Source: an uncultured Alphaproteobacteria bacterium (GTDB lineage: Bacteria; Pseudomonadota; Alphaproteobacteria; RF32; CAG-239). From it: a stretch of DNA of 64,000 nucleotides. Shown here in pieces: positions 19,701-28,383 of the stretch. The stretch lies in contig CALXTF010000003.1 in NCBI GenBank assembly GCA_944391335.1, positions 4,323-68,322 of the forward strand, read 5' to 3'. The stretch's first letter is position 1. Every line of letters starts with the position of its first letter. The position numbers and the translations under genes were made by a program. Under the pieces are notes generated by a model that had not been told where the DNA came from, did not search any database, and saw only the letters and a program-made list of their open reading frames with translations.

Positions 19701-21611
19701 ACCTTCAATATCCTCAATCGTGCCGCCATAATTATATATTGAGCCACCTAAAGACGCAGCTGTTTTACTTGTGGAGGAGTTGTTTGTAAAATCGCCCGTA
19801 ATGTTGCCTATTGAGGCATTGTAGTTATAAATGGCTCCGCCAAACGCATCCGTTGAAGCTGTAATGCTGTTATTGCTAAAATTACCGCTAATATTACCTA
19901 TACTTGTTGTGGCTCCTTCTTGTGTCGTAAGATTGTTATATATTGCACCACCGTATGCTGTGCCAAGATTTGAAACGACCGTGTTGTTGGTAAAGTCTCC
20001 TTCAATATCTTTAATATTGCTGGTGTTGTATATCGCACCGCCTAAAGCATTTGAGTTCGCTTGGACTTTATTGCCGATAAAATCACCGGTGATGTTCTCA
20101 ATACCCGTTGTAACTCCTTCTTGATCGCTTGTTTCGTTATAAATCGCGCCACCATAGGCGTAATTACCCGTTGATGTGACGCTATTGTCTATAAAGTTAC
20201 CGGTAATATTACCTATGATGCTGTTATTGTCTATCGCACCGCCATCGGCTTCATTATTGGCAGAAACTGTATTTCCTATAAAACTACCCGTAATATTGCC
20301 AATTTCACCATAATAGTTGTTGATAGCTCCGCCATATGCGTTGTTTCCTGAAACAGAATTGCTAATAAAATCTCCGGTAATACTGCCAATATAACTACCT
20401 TTAGGATTGTTATCTATCGCACCGCCGTCGGCGTAATTTGTATCTGAATGGGCCGAATTGCCTATGAAATCTCCGGTAATGCTGTCAATCCATCCTTGAT
20501 TGATGATTGCTCCTCCTTTGACATATCCATTACTGCTTGTAGCAGAGTTGCCAATGAAATTACCTGTTATATTTCCTATTTTACTATCGGGATTGGCGTC
20601 ATCTGTGCTATCAAAATTAGCAAGTGCGCCACCAAAGCCAAAGGCTTGATTGTTCACGGAACTGGTGGAGTTACCGATAAAATTACCCGTAATATCTCCT
20701 GTCGTACCGCTATTATAGATTGCTCCGCCAATTGATTGTATATTATCTCCGCCGGGAACTTTATTGCCGACAAAATCACCGCTGATGTTGCCTATAGCTC
20801 CATCATTGTTAATGGCTCCGCCTTGTGAGTTGCCTTCGCTTGGTGAAGCTGTGTAGTTGTTTACAAAATCTCCTGTGATATTACCAATTGTATGATCGCT
20901 GTTATTATTAATTGCTCCGCCATATTGTCCCCAATCGTTACCGCCATACAAACCGGTAAAGTCAGCATTTACATCTCCACTTAAACTGTTTTGAAAATGT
21001 TGTTGATTGTTGTATTGGGTGTCCCCATCATTATTTGAATATGCATAATAAAGGGTTTGTTTGCCTCCTCCGGGAAGATTAACTTCTACGGAACCGGTAA
21101 TGCTTCCGCTTATTGGTTGGGTACTCCAACTAATATTTTCTGAGGTGGCAAAAGTTTCTGGTTTTAATGTGACTTTATAGTATTGAGTTGTTAAATTGCC
21201 ATCAGCGTCATTTTCTTGAATCGTAAAATTATAATCATTTTCTGATCCTTGTGTATATTCAAATGCGCTAGAAGGAAGTGCCGCTGTATTGAAGTTGTAT
21301 TTTGTTCCATTTAAGTCAAAAATACCATTAACATCTTCTATTAAATTACTTGCGGGTGTACCTGATAGTATTGTTAAAAGTGCGGCATCATTTCCTGAAG
21401 GTGTAAAATAGTATGTTCCTCCGTTGATTTCAACTTGTGCCGCTCCTTCCGGCAATGTGCCGTCCAGAGATGTTAAGTTATATTCTCCACTTAAAGATGC
21501 GCCTTGTGACTTTAGAGTGTCTAAAGTCGGTGTTATATCAATTGCCCATGCCGGAGCGGATAAAATTGTTCCTGCTAATAAGGCGTAATATAGTTTTTTA
21601 GATTTTATCAT
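16776..21611 (-). CDS. type V autotransporter with Pmp-like GGAI/FxxN beta-helix repeats
   Basis: Signal peptide (PAWA|ID), about 24 GGA[ILVF]xN repeats, acidic Pro linker, ~290-aa C-terminal barrel ending GLDYAF. Confidence 0.88.
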   Translation of the reverse strand: MIKSKKLYYALLAGTILSAPAWAIDITPTLDTLKSQGASLSGEYNLTSLDGTLPEGAAQVEINGGTYYFTPSGNDAALLTILSGTPASNLIEDVNGIFDLNGTKYNFNTAALPSSAFEYTQGSENDYNFTIQENDADGNLTTQYYKVTLKPETFATSENISWSTQPISGSITGSVEVNLPGGGKQTLYYAYSNNDGDTQYNNQQHFQNSLSGDVNADFTGLYGGNDWGQYGGAINNNSDHTIGNITGDFVNNYTASPSEGNSQGGAINNDGAIGNISGDFVGNKVPGGDNIQSIGGAIYNSGTTGDITGNFIGNSTSSVNNQAFGFGGALANFDSTDDANPDSKIGNITGNFIGNSATSSNGYVKGGAIINQGWIDSITGDFIGNSAHSDTNYADGGAIDNNPKGSYIGSITGDFISNSVSGNNAYGGAINNYYGEIGNITGSFIGNTVSANNEADGGAIDNNSIIGNITGNFIDNSVTSTGNYAYGGAIYNETSDQEGVTTGIENITGDFIGNKVQANSNALGGAIYNTSNIKDIEGDFTNNTVVSNLGTAYGGAIYNNLTTQEGATTSIGNISGNFSNNSITASTDAFGGAIYNYNASIGNITGDFTNNSSTSKTAASLGGSIYNYGGTIEDIEGDFDGNSTMANNDAHGGAIYNTNQIGTITGNFTDNTATSTNMAAWGGAIYNVSGSITEINGDFANNSTSAQTTALGGAINNHGSIGTITSNFDGNTVQSNTIYAQGGAIYNESSSATIDEIIGDFSNNQATGNTDSQGGAIFNNGAIGDIDGNFENNTATGTNGIALGGAIYNYSSTNTIGNITGDFTNNTVDSSNYAQGGAVHNRGIIQSISGDFEGNTATSQTAYAQGGAIYNLAAPNAITSITGNFTDNNVEAALGAEGGAIYNHDSSLGTITGDFSGNYAQSTQASARGGAFYSGGSGTIDSISGDFTNNYAKTTNADNLAFGGAVYTSQNLTFTTNGQDRLISGNYTQDSEGKDYNAIYIQGSNSSDTAPTITFDVSDGGNWVINDSIEGGFEDGSSVTYDGYYYNLAFIGDEVPVTDKIQGDTSTGHTTQYISMNNDIINANQVLVEGTTLRLGKHQYDDEAQASVGNFTTGDGSEPVTVLTLRNATLDIHNNLYDTINLAGWNASTGTNFLHIDVDVENMKADELHITGDVEGTTQLIIHPSSDADIRGESIVFAQSTNDNEGGEESFEVYRVYQSPYMFDIAMTGEGTTEHEWSLFMNDVENEDFMVEEPDEPGTDEPGTDEPGTDEPGTDEPGTDEPDADEPSGDIPSTTNLVYAEVIAYDALPAAALEQTRGMIDNISNQVKNSRVYSKSCSFVDSHWNGEPYYNLWVNPTYYVSNIDSPVDIDAKIWGIEAGGDIQHDINNRLGIFVSYRQGNYDMDGAGDRYYSTIGSEIDIDSYIAGLYYRYDKNNWWGFGTLYGGIQKADFKTDDGMKADTDGYEFGASVEGGYDYALSDTLYLTPELGVYYTHIDYDNLKDCFGKEARYDNIDEVELEAGLKLTKTFMMDEGYANAYIKPSIVQTLISGGDVHVTNMDNVDAIEDATLGRIEMGGSYSFTDNLSAYCWANYTFGTDYEGSAFGLGLDYAF
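17766..17849. repeat. 15-bp tandem repeat (5 full units plus a partial) encoding the (DEPGT)n linker
   Basis: AGGTTC(A/G)TCTGTGCC at 17766, 17781, 17796, 17811, 17826, partial at 17841. Confidence 0.95.
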
Positions 21612-21810
21612 AGTCTATAACCCCTTGTTAATAGTTATATTTCACAATTATTTTTATTATTATATCTGCATTATATTACAAAATTTTACAAAATACAAAT
21701 GTTTTTTAAGTTTTTATTAATGTTTTATTGCTAATCACTCTAATTTTAATAAATACATTATAAAAACTGCATTTAGATGTTTAAATTTATCTATTAATTG
21801 ATGATAAAAA

Positions 21811-21837
21811 TAATCCTGCTGTTTGTCAGCAGGATTA
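21811..21837 (-). terminator. rho-independent terminator of accC
   Basis: TAATCCTGCTG-tttgt-CAGCAGGATTA followed by a T-run on the minus strand. Confidence 0.8.
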
Positions 21838-21842
21838 GATAA

Positions 21843-23192
21843 TTATTTTTTATTTTGATTCCTTTTCATGTAGTGTTCCAACCAATGAATATTATACATT
21901 CCATCAATATATTCTTGTTGAGAGATAATTTCTTGATGCAGAGGTATGGTTGTTTGAACGCCGTCAATTACAAATTCTTCTAAAGCGCGTTTCATACGCA
22001 TGATAGCAGCGTTGCGTGTAGGCGCGTGGACGATTAATTTAGCAATCATACTATCATAAAATGGTGGAATGGAATAACCGGAATATATTTCTGAATCAAC
22101 TCGTACGCCGAGTCCACCTGGAGCATGCCATTCTGTAATTTTTCCGGGGCAAGGGGTAAATGTTTCCGGATTTTCTGCATTGATCCGGCATTCAATGGCG
22201 TGACCATTGAAATGAATGTCTTTTTGTTCAAAACTTAAAGGTGCTCCACTGGCTATTCTTATTTGTTCGCGAACAATATCTATACCGCTGACGGCTTCTG
22301 TGACAGGATGTTCTACTTGTAAACGGGTGTTCATTTCCAGAAAATAAAATTTACCGTCTTCGTATAAAAATTCCAATGTGCCGGCGTTAAAATAACCAAT
22401 TTTAGCAATTGCTTTGCGAACAATTTCTCCAATTTCTTCTCTTTGTGCTTGATTAAGAGCAGGAGAGGGGGATTCTTCTATAACTTTTTGATTGTTTCTT
22501 TGAATGGAACAATCGCGTTCTCCAAGATGTACAACATTGCCATATTTATCGGCTAGAATCTGCATTTCAATATGGCGGGGTTTTTGTAGATATTTTTCCA
22601 TATAAACAACATCTGTTGGAAAAGCCGCTTTAGCTTCGGCTCGAGCCATTGTATAGGCTTCTTCAATATCGTCGTCGCCGAAGGCAACTTTCATTCCTTT
22701 ACCGCCACCGCCGTCTTTTGCTTTTATGATAACGGGATATCCTATTTCGTTTGCCCATCTTTTAGCATCTTCAAGTGTTTCAAGTGAGGGGGAACCAGGA
22801 GTTACCGGTATGCCTGCTTCAATAGCAGCTTGGCGAGCCGTAATTTTATCACCCATTTTCCTCATTTGTTCTGCGGTGGGTCCTATGAATGTTATTCCGT
22901 GTTCTTCAACCATATCGGCAAAATCAGCATTTTCTGAAAGAAAACCAAATCCAGGATGAATAGCATCAGCTCCTGTAACCAGAGCTGCGGAAATAATAGC
23001 TGATTTATTTAAATAAGAATCTATTGAACGTGCGGGACCTATGCAAACTGCTTCATCGGCTAAGCGAACATGCATTGCATTGGCGTCTGCTTCAGAATGC
23101 ACGGCTACTGTCCGAATTCCCATTTCTCGACATGCACGATGTATGCGTAAAGCAATTTCTCCACGATTGGCTATAAGTACTTTTTCAAACAT
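21843..23192 (-). CDS. accC: acetyl-CoA carboxylase, biotin carboxylase subunit
   Basis: IANRGEIA, HPGFGFLSEN, GGGGKGM, ERDCSIQR, EMNTRLQVEH, YDSMIAK. Confidence 0.97.
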   Translation of the reverse strand: MFEKVLIANRGEIALRIHRACREMGIRTVAVHSEADANAMHVRLADEAVCIGPARSIDSYLNKSAIISAALVTGADAIHPGFGFLSENADFADMVEEHGITFIGPTAEQMRKMGDKITARQAAIEAGIPVTPGSPSLETLEDAKRWANEIGYPVIIKAKDGGGGKGMKVAFGDDDIEEAYTMARAEAKAAFPTDVVYMEKYLQKPRHIEMQILADKYGNVVHLGERDCSIQRNNQKVIEESPSPALNQAQREEIGEIVRKAIAKIGYFNAGTLEFLYEDGKFYFLEMNTRLQVEHPVTEAVSGIDIVREQIRIASGAPLSFEQKDIHFNGHAIECRINAENPETFTPCPGKITEWHAPGGLGVRVDSEIYSGYSIPPFYDSMIAKLIVHAPTRNAAIMRMKRALEEFVIDGVQTTIPLHQEIISQQEYIDGMYNIHWLEHYMKRNQNKK

Positions 23193-23216
23193 AATATTTC
23201 CTTTAGATGGGTGGGC

Positions 23217-23711
23217 TTATTCAATTATAATCAAAGGTTCTCCATATTCAACCGGATCCCCGCTTTCAACCAAAATTTTAGTGACTTTGCCTGAGGTGTG
23301 GGCTTTGACGGGATTAAATGTTTTCATCGCTTCAATTAGGCATACGGTGTCTCCTTGCGAAACAGTATCCCCGATTTTAACGTAATTTTGTGCATTAGGG
23401 TCACTTGATAGATATACAACACCAACCATCGGGGATTTTACACAACCGGGAAGCTTTGATAAATCTTCCATATCAATATCGGTAGAAGGAGAATTGTCTG
23501 TTGTGTTTGTTGTCGTTGGTAAAACTGTTTGCGCCAATGGTGCTGCAGGTGCTACTGGGGCATAAGCCGCAGGTGGTGTAGGGGGGGTAGGACGATGTTT
23601 AATTAGTGAAATACGGCAATTTTCTGTCTCATATTCAATTTCACTTAAATCATTTATTTTTAAAATTGCGGCCAAGCGGCTAACTAGTTTGGTATCTATT
23701 GATTCAGACAT
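23217..23711 (-). CDS. accB: biotin carboxyl carrier protein
   Basis: SPMVG, EAMK biotinylation motif, Pro/Ala linker. Confidence 0.95.
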   Translation of the reverse strand: MSESIDTKLVSRLAAILKINDLSEIEYETENCRISLIKHRPTPPTPPAAYAPVAPAAPLAQTVLPTTTNTTDNSPSTDIDMEDLSKLPGCVKSPMVGVVYLSSDPNAQNYVKIGDTVSQGDTVCLIEAMKTFNPVKAHTSGKVTKILVESGDPVEYGEPLIIIE

Positions 23712-23884
23712 TTAATTTTCTCTTAAAAGTTAATTTTACACTAAACAATTTTTATTTACCCTAATGTACTCTTTAAAACAACAAAAATATTAAAAAAATC
23801 ATCTTTTTTTTAAAAAAATATGCAAAAATCATCGAAAAATAAGTGTTTTTTGGTGTTTTTTGCGTTGGGATAAAATCTAATTGT

Positions 23885-24619
23885 TTATCGTCTTTGGTAT
23901 TTTAAAAATACTGGTCGACGACCTTCTCTTAACGCTTTTTGTTGATATTTCGTAGAAACCCAGTCTTTAGGTTCTTGACGCCAATCATTTCCACATCGGG
24001 CTGTCCAATAAAAATCATTTGAGTCCCTTAATTGTTCTAATGTCCAACGTTTATAGATCGGATGATCCGTTGCTATTAGTAATTCTCCGTCTTTCTTTAA
24101 TATCCTTGCCATCTCTGTTAAGTTGTCAGGGTTGATAAAACGGCGGCTTGCATGGCGTTTCTTCGGCCAGGGGTCAGGAAATAATAAATATATATTATCA
24201 ATTGATGCTTCCGGTATAAGAGGAAACAAAAGCCTTATATCATCGTTAAAAATGCGAATATTGTCTCGATATTGAGGTAAATGTTTTATGTCGCCGACAA
24301 TATCTTTTCCCTCTTTTATTCCTGTTATAAGGCTTAATAGGTTTGCAACCCCGTTTTGAAAAACTTCCGCACCAATATAGCCGTTTTCCGGATGACGAAG
24401 TGCTAAACCGGCTAGATGAGTTCCATCGCCAAATCCTATTTCCAAACATACCTTTTTAACGGGATATGCAAATGATAAGGGGGCTTGGGGATTTAAAATT
24501 ATTTTAGGTAAAAAATTGGTTAGTAATGCTGATTTAGCTTTACGTATGCGTCGTCCGATGCGGCGGCCAAAAAAATGCGGTTCTGTGTTCATAGGTGTTT
24601 CTTTGCGAATCGTTTCCAT
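23885..24619 (-). CDS. trmB: tRNA (guanine-N7)-methyltransferase
   Basis: LEIGFGDG, FPDPWPKKRH, ATD, TKYQQKA. Confidence 0.93.
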   Translation of the reverse strand: METIRKETPMNTEPHFFGRRIGRRIRKAKSALLTNFLPKIILNPQAPLSFAYPVKKVCLEIGFGDGTHLAGLALRHPENGYIGAEVFQNGVANLLSLITGIKEGKDIVGDIKHLPQYRDNIRIFNDDIRLLFPLIPEASIDNIYLLFPDPWPKKRHASRRFINPDNLTEMARILKKDGELLIATDHPIYKRWTLEQLRDSNDFYWTARCGNDWRQEPKDWVSTKYQQKALREGRRPVFLKYQRR

Positions 24620-24654
24620 TATTTTTAATATTATAATTTATTTGTTTATAAATA

Positions 24655-24689
24655 ATAAAAAGCCGGCCGTCAATTCGCCAGCTTTTTAT
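24655..24689 (-). terminator. probable terminator after the HTH gene
   Basis: AAAAAGC...GCTTTTT imperfect GC-rich hairpin. Confidence 0.5.
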
Positions 24690-24709
24690 CAAAATCGCTT
24701 TTTATTTTA

Positions 24710-25219
24710 TTAAAATTCTTCCATATCCATTATATCGTTGCTGCGTTCCGTACTGCTTTTGGACATTGTAATAATTAAATCAAACAGGTATTTTGCAGCT
24801 TTTCTATTAGGTATTTTATAATATGCTTTTACTAATTCAAGTGTTTCCTGACGTTTCATCGGATCCATATCTATATCGTTGTTTTCTTCTTCAAAACATA
24901 ATGTCGTTTCCGGTGCGCTGAAAGCTCGAGGACTTTGTTGGGCTACTTCTTTATCCATATCTTCATAGAAAAAATCAACGGGGACATTTAAAACTTTACT
25001 TATATCCCATAAACGACTGGCTCCTACGCGATTGTTTCCACGTTCGTATTTTTGTACTTGTTGAAAAGTAAGACCAAGCATTGAAGCTAACTTCTCTTGC
25101 GAATAGCCAAGTAATGTTCTGCGCAGACGAATCCTGTTGCCTACATGTACATCAACAGGATTAGGTTGACCACTGGGGGTGCGACCGCGACTAATTTTTT
25201 TTGATTTTATTAAATTCAT
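24710..25219 (-). CDS. XRE-family HTH transcriptional regulator
   Basis: PNPVDVHVGNRIRLRR...GLTFQQVQKYERG.NRVGASRL, conserved downstream of lnt in Alphaproteobacteria. Confidence 0.9.
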   Translation of the reverse strand: MNLIKSKKISRGRTPSGQPNPVDVHVGNRIRLRRTLLGYSQEKLASMLGLTFQQVQKYERGNNRVGASRLWDISKVLNVPVDFFYEDMDKEVAQQSPRAFSAPETTLCFEEENNDIDMDPMKRQETLELVKAYYKIPNRKAAKYLFDLIITMSKSSTERSNDIMDMEEF

Positions 25220-25354
25220 GTGTTTACTCCGCTTAAATTACATATTTGCATAATGCAATTTTTAGTGGTTCATGTCAATGTTTTTATATAATATTTTATA
25301 TAAATAATTTGTTTTATTTTTTTATGAAATATTTTTTCGTTTAGAATCAAAAGC

Positions 25355-26890
25355 TTATTCTATGTGTCGAGAAGAAAAATAAGCTGTTATTATAAATAGC
25401 ATACATAACAATATAATCGTTAGATTATAATATTTAGTATATAAAGTTTGTGTGTGTAGTTCCTGCGGCAAATAAAAATCGAGTATTCCTTTTTGATTAT
25501 AAGAAAGCATATCAATTACGACTCCTGTTTTTGATATAAGGCCGCTGATACCGGAGTTGGCGGCTCGTACAATTGTTATTCCTTCTTCAACCGCCCGCAT
25601 ACGGGTTGCCGCAAAATGTTGTTGTGGACCTGAGCTATCTCCATACCAACCGTCATTAGTTAAATTTATCAACCATTCCGGACGATTCTTATGATCAGTT
25701 ACCGCCCCGGGAAATATTATTTCATAACATATGGCTACACTAAAAGGAGGTATTTTCGGAATATAAAATGTTTCAATTCCATTACCGGGCATAAAATCGG
25801 CTATTACATTTGTGACAGGTTTTAATTTATCCGGCAAGTAATTGCGAAAAGGTATGTATTCCCCAAAAGGAACCAAATGGGATTTACCATATGATGTATA
25901 AATTCCATTTTGATCTAAAACCTGCATTGCGTTTATCGGACGCCATTTTTCACCATCATAAACATAATCAAGAGTTCCGGTGATTAAATATCCGTCTTCG
26001 GGTATGGCTGGTTTTAGAACATCAAAGTATTCAGGTTCAAAATTAAGGGCAAAAGGATTAGCTGTTTCTCCCCATATAACTGCTGATAAAGGTTTATCTG
26101 TCGGTTTTTTAGACATATTTATATAAGTTTGTAGATTTGCAGTTAAACTCTCTTTTTGCCATTTTAATTGTTGGGGAATGGAAGGTTGAACAATTCTAAT
26201 TTGAATATTTGAAAACGAATCGTTTGAATATTTTTGTAATCGATGCCAACCATAGGTAAATAAAAATAATGGAATAAACACTATAATACTTATAGAAATT
26301 ATAATGTCTTTCTTTTTAGGAAAAAAGAAGAAAACACACGGTGCCGAGGCAAATAAAACTGTAAATAATGATAAACCATATGTACCGAAGATACTTGCCG
26401 CTTGAATCGCGCTATCGCTAAATATCCATATCGTTCCTAAAAGATTCCAAGGAAAACCCGTAAATATAAAACTACGCAGCCATTCACAAAGCGTCCATGC
26501 GGTGGAAAGAGCAAAAATTTTTGCCAATGGCTTTCTGAAAAAAAAACTAAAAAAACAAGGAATAGCTATAAATAAACCAAAAAAACCGCCGCTTAAAATG
26601 AAAACAAAAGGAATAAGCCATCCCAATCTTTCCGGATCAATCAAAAGGGCGTGAATAATCCAAGAAAATCCTACGGCAAAATGAGTAAAACCAAACCAAT
26701 AACCAATGCCAAATGCTTGTTGGGATGATTTAGAAAGTTCTATAAGAATTACCAGACCGCTTAGTCCAATAATTAAACACGGTATAAAACAATATGGCGG
26801 AAGTGCCGCTGCGGTTAAGGCTCCTAAAGATAAAGAGCATAATCTTGGAAATTTTTGTAAAAATTTTTTTATATTTGCAATTATAGCCAT
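25355..26890 (-). CDS. lnt: apolipoprotein N-acyltransferase
   Basis: GFPWNLLG, WGE, KSHLVPFGEYIP, ICYE, TNDGWYG, RAVEEG, RAANSGIS; start placed at ATG 26890. Confidence 0.93.
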   Translation of the reverse strand: MAIIANIKKFLQKFPRLCSLSLGALTAAALPPYCFIPCLIIGLSGLVILIELSKSSQQAFGIGYWFGFTHFAVGFSWIIHALLIDPERLGWLIPFVFILSGGFFGLFIAIPCFFSFFFRKPLAKIFALSTAWTLCEWLRSFIFTGFPWNLLGTIWIFSDSAIQAASIFGTYGLSLFTVLFASAPCVFFFFPKKKDIIISISIIVFIPLFLFTYGWHRLQKYSNDSFSNIQIRIVQPSIPQQLKWQKESLTANLQTYINMSKKPTDKPLSAVIWGETANPFALNFEPEYFDVLKPAIPEDGYLITGTLDYVYDGEKWRPINAMQVLDQNGIYTSYGKSHLVPFGEYIPFRNYLPDKLKPVTNVIADFMPGNGIETFYIPKIPPFSVAICYEIIFPGAVTDHKNRPEWLINLTNDGWYGDSSGPQQHFAATRMRAVEEGITIVRAANSGISGLISKTGVVIDMLSYNQKGILDFYLPQELHTQTLYTKYYNLTIILLCMLFIITAYFSSRHIE

Positions 26891-26894
26891 AGCT

Positions 26895-27404
26895 TTAATC
26901 TTGTTCACTATATGGATTGCTGATATCAAATAAAGTTAAAATACGAATTTCCATATCTTCCATTTCTTGCCGCTCATCTTCTTCAATATGGTCATAACCA
27001 AGTAAATGCAAAATCCCGTGTATTAAAATGTGTATATAATGATCATGAAAACTTATTTCTTGTTCTTTACTTTGTTGTTCCATTGTTTCAAAAGCAATAA
27101 TAATGTCACCGAGTTCAATTGTTTCCATTTTATCAAGGGAATTAACAAAGTCTTCATCATCAATATTGGCAAATGACAGAATATTCGTGGCTTTATCTAA
27201 ATGGCGGAAATATTTATTTAATGATTGTATTTCTTTATCGTCGCTTAATTGAAGATTAAGGGAGATTTCTTTTTTGTTTTGCAAAAACGAAGGATTGATG
27301 AAATTAAGAGTGGTTTGCAGCACCTCTTGTGATAATTCCTCTATTCGCGGTAAAAGTTGCTTCCAATGTTTATCTTCTATATTTACATTAAGCTTTATTG
27401 TCAT
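26895..27404 (-). CDS. ybeY: rRNA maturation endoribonuclease YbeY
   Basis: ATNILSF, LGDI, HGILHLLGYDH; start placed at ATG 27404. Confidence 0.92.
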   Translation of the reverse strand: MTIKLNVNIEDKHWKQLLPRIEELSQEVLQTTLNFINPSFLQNKKEISLNLQLSDDKEIQSLNKYFRHLDKATNILSFANIDDEDFVNSLDKMETIELGDIIIAFETMEQQSKEQEISFHDHYIHILIHGILHLLGYDHIEEDERQEMEDMEIRILTLFDISNPYSEQD

Positions 27405-28368
27405 GTTTGCTACTTTCGTGATGAGATTTTTTTTGTTCATAGGCGCGGACGATTTTAGCAACCAAACCATGCCGCACAACATCATTTGCGGTAAAAGTAA
27501 CAGAACTAATGCCTTTTATTCCTTCCAACGTATTTAAAGCATCTTGCAAACCTGATATTGTGCCTCGTGGTAAATCTATTTGACTTAAATCTCCATTGAC
27601 AACCATACGCGAATTTTCTCCTAAACGGGTTAAAAACATTTTCATCTGCATAGGAGTGGTGTTTTGCGCTTCATCAAGAATAACAAAAGCATTAGATAAC
27701 GTGCGTCCCCGCATAAAAGCAAGAGGCGCGATTTCTATTTCTCCGATAGCCAATTTTTTATCCACTTGTTCTGAGGGCAGCATTTCATATAAAGCATCAT
27801 ATAAAGGACGCAGATAGGGATCGACTTTATCTTTTAAATCTCCGGGAAGAAAACCTAAATTTTCTCCGGCTTCAACGGCTGGTCGGGAAAGAATAATTTT
27901 ATCGATTGCTCCTTCTAGCATCATTGTGACAGCTAATGCTACGGCAAGATATGTTTTACCTGTTCCGGCCGGTCCTAATCCAAAGACAAGTTCGTTATTC
28001 ATCATTTCCATAATATATTCGGCTTGTGTTGCCGAACGTGGATAAATATGTCTTTTTTTAGTTTTTAAAACGATATCGTCTATATTAACTTTATTTTTAA
28101 TTTTTTCATCTGTTGCATTAAGGCGTACAGCAGCCAGTACTTCTTGTTCTCCTATGGTTATTCCCCGACTGACTTTTAAATAAAGCGCATCAAGAGTATT
28201 TTTAGCCTGATTAACGGCATCTTCATTACCGGTAATATGAATTTGGTTGCCAAAAGTTGATATTTCTACATTTAAGGCTTGTTCAATGATTTTTAAATTA
28301 CTGTCTTGAGGACCGACAAGTTGTTGAATCAGTTGATTATTGAAAAGTTCAAATTCTATTTCTGCCAT
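27388..28368 (-). CDS. phoH: PhoH-family ATPase
   Basis: GPAGTGKT, RPAVEAGE.LGFLPG, APLAFMRGRT, DEAQN. Confidence 0.93.
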   Translation of the reverse strand: MAEIEFELFNNQLIQQLVGPQDSNLKIIEQALNVEISTFGNQIHITGNEDAVNQAKNTLDALYLKVSRGITIGEQEVLAAVRLNATDEKIKNKVNIDDIVLKTKKRHIYPRSATQAEYIMEMMNNELVFGLGPAGTGKTYLAVALAVTMMLEGAIDKIILSRPAVEAGENLGFLPGDLKDKVDPYLRPLYDALYEMLPSEQVDKKLAIGEIEIAPLAFMRGRTLSNAFVILDEAQNTTPMQMKMFLTRLGENSRMVVNGDLSQIDLPRGTISGLQDALNTLEGIKGISSVTFTANDVVRHGLVAKIVRAYEQKKSHHESSKHDNKA

Positions 28369-28383
28369 GATAATCACCATATA

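Noticed and set aside
18710-20921. Periodic DNA similarity as a CRISPR array or DGR repeat
   Set aside because: Repeats are degenerate at synonymous positions and protein-coding; no cas or reverse transcriptase genes in the window
23581-23587. G7 tracts (here and at 59042) and A8-A9 runs as phase-variation sites
   Set aside because: Short, in intact frames; the G7 tracts encode Pro in housekeeping genes and A-runs are expected at this AT content
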